From IMG/VR virus record IMGVR_UViG_3300029812_000193: a stretch of DNA of 64,000 nucleotides; one strand, written 5' to 3'. The stretch is from a virus. Below, one piece after another: positions 60,157-64,000 of this stretch. The position numbers and the translations under genes were made by a program. The stretch's first letter is position 1. Each line of letters begins with the position of its first letter. The notes beneath the pieces are model-generated. The model was not told the DNA's origin. It was given only the letters and a program-made list of their open reading frames with translations, and searched no databases.

Positions 60157-60470
60157 TGGATGGTGCCTATCGGGTAGGAGAGTGCACCAGATGCGGGGCG
60201 TGCTGCAACATGAAGGACATAATAAACGACCCAGAGATAATGCTGTGGATGGGTGCTGGCTTTCTGAAACTGGTCAACCAAGAGCTAGTTGACGGTGAGA
60301 CTGGCATGTGCAGGCACCTCAGGTTCATAGACGGAAAGGCCCACTGCGAAATCTACGAGACGCGACCCGAGTTCTGCAGGAAATTCCCAGGAACGCCGCG
60401 AGACCTCATCAACATTCCACAGTGTGGTTATAGATTTTACACTAGTTCTGGCAAGAGGGCGTTTGTCTAA
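60150..60470 (+). CDS. YkgJ/FliB-like Cys-cluster protein
   Basis: CTRCGACC...CRHL...CEIYETRPEFCRKFP. Confidence 0.8.
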   Translation: MVMDGAYRVGECTRCGACCNMKDIINDPEIMLWMGAGFLKLVNQELVDGETGMCRHLRFIDGKAHCEIYETRPEFCRKFPGTPRDLINIPQCGYRFYTSSGKRAFV

Positions 60471-60477
60471 TACCCCT

Positions 60478-61995
60478 TCACTTTGGCAGTTTCGGCTTCC
60501 TTAGCTCGCTCAGCCTCTCCATAATCTCGTCCTTCTTCTTGTACCCAGCTACGCACGCCGCGATTAGGACTATCACAATAAAGAACAGCCACGGACCTAT
60601 TGACGCACTTACGCACGTCACCGACTTGCTCGCGTCAGTGTAGTAGCCTATCGGTCTTATAGACAGCGTGTATATACCAGCTTCGGACGGCACCTTCCAG
60701 ATGCCCCTTCCGTCGCTCAGGGCTATGTCGACGCCGAAGCCAGTCATGGACTCCACTTCTATGGACCGTATCGCACCTATCCTGTCGCCAGACGAGTCGA
60801 TGACCTTCACATATATATCCTCGTTGGCGGTTACCGTGCTAACTTCCATGCCCTTGCTCTGGCTGTACAGCACGATGGTTGGCGTTTCGCACACGACGAC
60901 CTGGACGCCCCCGCTCGCGTAGTCCTTCTCAGCAGACACGGTGTACGTCCCAATCTGTGTTGGAACGAACGAAATCGTCCCAGTCGATGCAGTTTCTGTC
61001 CTCTCAATCCCTGGTCCAGATATGGTTACCGTGGAGCCGACTGGCACGCCGACGCTGACCTCGCTGCCGACCAGCGGCTCAGTAGTCAGCACGTTGACCG
61101 AAAGCGGCTCTGTGGTCGCCTTGACCTCGCATTCCGAGGTCTTATCGCCGACTGTCACAGAGAACTTCCACGGGCCCACCTGGTCAAGCTTGACCGATAC
61201 CTTTCCGTACCTGTCAGTCGTATCGTACGTCTTGGAGCCGTCTGGCTCTGTGATGCTTATCGTGCGGTACGAGAGCGGGGTGTCGCCCTGGTACAGCTTG
61301 ACCGCCACCGTCGTGCCAGCTGGAGCGGACGAGGGCGCGTCGAAATTCGGTGCCTCGGACGTTGGCGCATAACTCGATGAATCTATCGTGAAGCTCTTAT
61401 ATATTGGGTCAAACTCGCTTCCGACCACCCTGACCCACGCTGAACCACGCTCATCTACACCCAGGCTTGCCGTTCCGAAACCGTTCTCCATTTCAAACGT
61501 ATAGATGTTCCCACTATCCGAGCAGAACAGGAACCCACTACCGCTGAACAGTTTTAAGTTACCCGTCCCCTTCTCAAGCAGGTAGAAAGCGACATCCTTG
61601 CCAGCGACTGGTTTGGATGGGGACATCGCCAGTTCCAGCCCGTACATTTCAGGTTTTATCACTATTAACTGGTCCACGGTCTTTCCGTCATACTTATAGG
61701 TCAGTATTCCTATGGCATCATCCTTGATAACTAGGTGTAGATAGATTGCACTTTCCGTCTTTGATACGACTACTGGGTAGTTCTTCAGCGTGTCATCCAT
61801 CGACACCGTTATGTTCGCTGTGTCTGTGGCACTAATCGTAACCTGTTTATATGCCGTCTCTCCAGGCTTGCCAGTTACCTCGACTAGTGAGTCGACGCTC
61901 AATGTTGGTGCACCCACTGCTGGAACAGCGGTTGCCAGAAGCATCGCTGAGACCAGCAGGATAAATATGATTTTTCCTTGCTTGTTCATTTTCAT
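60478..61995 (-). CDS. Secreted Ig-like repeat protein with a C-terminal TM anchor
   Basis: Signal peptide AVPAVGA, TDRYG strands, TM WLFFIVIVLIAACVAGY followed by KKK. Confidence 0.72.
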   Translation of the reverse strand: MKMNKQGKIIFILLVSAMLLATAVPAVGAPTLSVDSLVEVTGKPGETAYKQVTISATDTANITVSMDDTLKNYPVVVSKTESAIYLHLVIKDDAIGILTYKYDGKTVDQLIVIKPEMYGLELAMSPSKPVAGKDVAFYLLEKGTGNLKLFSGSGFLFCSDSGNIYTFEMENGFGTASLGVDERGSAWVRVVGSEFDPIYKSFTIDSSSYAPTSEAPNFDAPSSAPAGTTVAVKLYQGDTPLSYRTISITEPDGSKTYDTTDRYGKVSVKLDQVGPWKFSVTVGDKTSECEVKATTEPLSVNVLTTEPLVGSEVSVGVPVGSTVTISGPGIERTETASTGTISFVPTQIGTYTVSAEKDYASGGVQVVVCETPTIVLYSQSKGMEVSTVTANEDIYVKVIDSSGDRIGAIRSIEVESMTGFGVDIALSDGRGIWKVPSEAGIYTLSIRPIGYYTDASKSVTCVSASIGPWLFFIVIVLIAACVAGYKKKDEIMERLSELRKPKLPK

Positions 61996-62207
61996 TCCTT
62001 CTCAAGCTTCTCGAATGCCCGCTCGACCACGAGCCTTCTTATCTTTATCGCATCCTCGCCCTCGTCCTGGTAGTCTATAAAGCACTTGTCAGCCTTGTCG
62101 TCGTAGTATCCGCCGAGGAAATTGCACGTCCTGGGGTCGAGCCCCTCCAGCGTAGCTATTCTCGTCGCCTTCTCTCTTGACAGCGGTATTATTCCCATAT
62201 TATTCAC
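61992..62207 (-). CDS. Two-Cys microprotein, paralog C
   Basis: LEGLDPRTCNFLGGYYDDKADKC. Confidence 0.65.
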   Translation of the reverse strand: MNNMGIIPLSREKATRIATLEGLDPRTCNFLGGYYDDKADKCFIDYQDEGEDAIKIRRLVVERAFEKLEKE

Positions 62208-62409
62208 TCCTCCTCCTTCTAACTGGTCTCTCTACTGGCATGTGTTTCAGCTCTATCTGGTCTGGAGATATCTCCTTCTTCAGCGTGGTGCACGTCCTGG
62301 CATCATTGTCCCAGTCGCCCTTCAGCTTGTCGCAGACCTCTGGGTCTATGCCCTCAAGGACCACTATTGATTCGTCATCCTTCTTCCTGTGCAGTGCTAA
62401 TTTTGCCAT
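62200..62409 (-). CDS. Two-Cys microprotein, paralog B
   Basis: LEGIDPEVCDKLKGDWDNDARTC. Confidence 0.65.
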   Translation of the reverse strand: MAKLALHRKKDDESIVVLEGIDPEVCDKLKGDWDNDARTCTTLKKEISPDQIELKHMPVERPVRRRRSE

Positions 62410-62412
62410 AAT

Positions 62413-62577
62413 TCACCTCTCTGGTTTTGTGACCCTAAGCTGGACTGAGTTTGGATTCTCATCATCTTCGACCAGCGTGACCAGGCAGTTGCCCGTCTTG
62501 TCTGGCGTTCCTAGCAGCCTCTTGCACGTTATCGGGTCCAGCGGCCCCAAGTTCACAAATTTTTCTACTACTCCCAT
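62413..62577 (-). CDS. Two-Cys microprotein, paralog A (not in the ORF track)
   Basis: MGVVEKFVNLGPLDPITCKRLLGTPDKTGNCLV...; GAGGT RBS. Confidence 0.62.
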   Translation of the reverse strand: MGVVEKFVNLGPLDPITCKRLLGTPDKTGNCLVTLVEDDENPNSVQLRVTKPER

Positions 62578-62589
62578 TTCTATCGACCT

Positions 62590-63306
62590 CTAATACGGTT
62601 CTATGTGCTTCTTAACACTATAATGCTCTGGGTCAACATTTTCAAGATACCCTTTCTCAAGCATGGCACCAATATATTCCCTGAGCTCGCTAACGCTCTC
62701 AACCCACCCAATCTTTTCAATCATATACTTGACCAGCTTATCCGTAGTGACCTTGCCGTTGTGCTCTGTGAACTCCCATATTTCTAGCATAGTTGGATTG
62801 TAGCCCACCTTGAGCGGAATCAGGCTGTTCCCAGTCGGCAGCTCCCTGCCGACCTTGTACTCGTCTCCAGACATGAGAATGAACGTGTTCCTGTGCATGT
62901 CCTTCACTATGTGCTCCACGAACCTCCTAGACTCCGCAATGTTCGGCAGGTGCCTGCCGTCCAGTATTACGTAGTCGCAAATCTCTGACATGGAGGCGTA
63001 CCTGACCGAGTGCACGTGCCTGCCGATGATTTGTTGAAACGGAGAACAGTTATCTGCTAAATATCCCTTTGGTACGGTCTTCTCGATTGAAATGGCTCTC
63101 CACCTGGCATGTAGAATTTCTGGCTCCATGACCTCTCTAGGAAGCTCGACATCGTACAGCCCCAGAGCCGCGTTCGTTACTGGGATAATCTCCTTCAGTA
63201 TGCCCCCCCTGAACCTGTGTATCTCTGCATTCTCGTGCGTGGCCTTCCTCTTCAAATCTTCAATCCCATATCCAGGCCTTGGAACGAGCACGTTTACGTA
63301 CGTCAC
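62590..63306 (-). CDS. Hypothetical protein with a C-terminal winged-helix-like region
   Basis: Operonic; ELREYIGAMLEKGYL. Confidence 0.55.
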   Translation of the reverse strand: MTYVNVLVPRPGYGIEDLKRKATHENAEIHRFRGGILKEIIPVTNAALGLYDVELPREVMEPEILHARWRAISIEKTVPKGYLADNCSPFQQIIGRHVHSVRYASMSEICDYVILDGRHLPNIAESRRFVEHIVKDMHRNTFILMSGDEYKVGRELPTGNSLIPLKVGYNPTMLEIWEFTEHNGKVTTDKLVKYMIEKIGWVESVSELREYIGAMLEKGYLENVDPEHYSVKKHIEPY

Positions 63307-63635
63307 GTCATCACCTTCAAGAACTCGTCTATCTGCTTTTTCGTGTTATCCATCTCAGCTTTAATCTTCTCCGTGACCTCTTTTTTGACCTTCTCGATGA
63401 CGAAGACGTGGTTTGGCAGGAATTTCACCAGCGGCGTCACATCCCTGCCGAACTGGCTGTTTGTGAAATTCTTCCACCAGGCGTACTCAGCCCCCCTGTC
63501 CACGTCGACATCTATGGTCCTGAGGTTTATCTTGCCGATGTATGCAAGGGGCTCCATCACAGTTACCTCGAACCGCTCGCAGACTGGACACTCGTACTCA
63601 ACAAACAGAATAGCCTCTGGCATGTTGTGTCTCAT
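63303..63635 (-). CDS. Thioredoxin-fold protein
   Basis: FVEYECPVC, IDVD, cis-Pro-like TP. Confidence 0.65.
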   Translation of the reverse strand: MRHNMPEAILFVEYECPVCERFEVTVMEPLAYIGKINLRTIDVDVDRGAEYAWWKNFTNSQFGRDVTPLVKFLPNHVFVIEKVKKEVTEKIKAEMDNTKKQIDEFLKVMT

Positions 63636-63636
63636 C

Positions 63637-63996
63637 TCACCCCTCCACCGTAATTTCTGGTTTCCCTTCCGTTTTTCCTTTTTGGGTTAATTCAGCGATT
63701 TTGCCCTCAAGTTCCTTGACCTTGTTCCTAAGGTCGACATCTGTGCTAGTTGAGCCAGGTGACATTGTGCCAAGTGTTTCTGTCAGCTCTTTCCCCTTCT
63801 TGGCTAATTCCATCAATTTCTCCATGTCAGTTATCCCAGCGAACTCACCCTTCTTCCAAGCTTCTTTTATTTCTTCCGAGGTTTTTCCCTTAAATATCAG
63901 TTCCATCACCCTTAGAGAGTCCCTGTCCACCTCTGCCTGCTTTCTCCTCCTCCTCTCGTCGATTAGGTCTTTCTGGAGCTTCTCGTTCTCATACAC
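63637..63996 (-). CDS. Coiled-coil hypothetical protein (5' end may lie outside the window)
   Basis: Charged heptad-rich ORF. Confidence 0.5.
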   Translation of the reverse strand: MYENEKLQKDLIDERRRRKQAEVDRDSLRVMELIFKGKTSEEIKEAWKKGEFAGITDMEKLMELAKKGKELTETLGTMSPGSTSTDVDLRNKVKELEGKIAELTQKGKTEGKPEITVEG

Positions 63997-64000
63997 AAGA

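Noticed and set aside
60478-61995. Major capsid or tail protein call
   Set aside because: The signal peptide and TM anchor indicate a surface protein; no virion motifs were recognised

Overview
Archaeal mobile-element or virus-like DNA, probably from a Methanomicrobia-type host (ANME-1/Syntropharchaeales/Methanosarcinales-like, inferred from PGF-CTERM tails, an MC1 chromatin protein and multiheme cytochromes). No capsid, portal, terminase or integrase gene is recognisable in this window, so virus versus plasmid-like or integrated element is unresolved. Recognisable content: two Orc1/Cdc6 initiators, one next to an origin-like region (about 55.4-56.1 kb); an intein-containing HerA-like ATPase; a solitary aroA; tRNA-Trp, tRNA-Gly and an enlarged tRNA-like RNA; three TnpB (IS200/IS605-type) elements; MoxR AAA plus vWA; radical SAM/SPASM; several nucleases; surface proteins; and many small hypothetical genes. 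The most striking unexplained signals are: (1) at least 27 copies of a 17-bp semi-palindromic box TTCRCCCAYSTGTGAKA across the window, clustered upstream of three near-identical promoter cassettes; (2) a roughly 400-nt densely base-paired, pseudoknotted intergenic RNA candidate at about 18.9-19.3 kb; (3) a secreted tetraheme cytochrome, fibre-like protein and PGF-CTERM anchor module at 25.3-28.2 kb; (4) a repeated two-cysteine microdomain family found next to thioredoxin-fold genes; (5) a run of micro-genes joined by a repeated stop/RBS/start junction. All family assignments come from motif recognition by eye; no database searches or folding programs were run.
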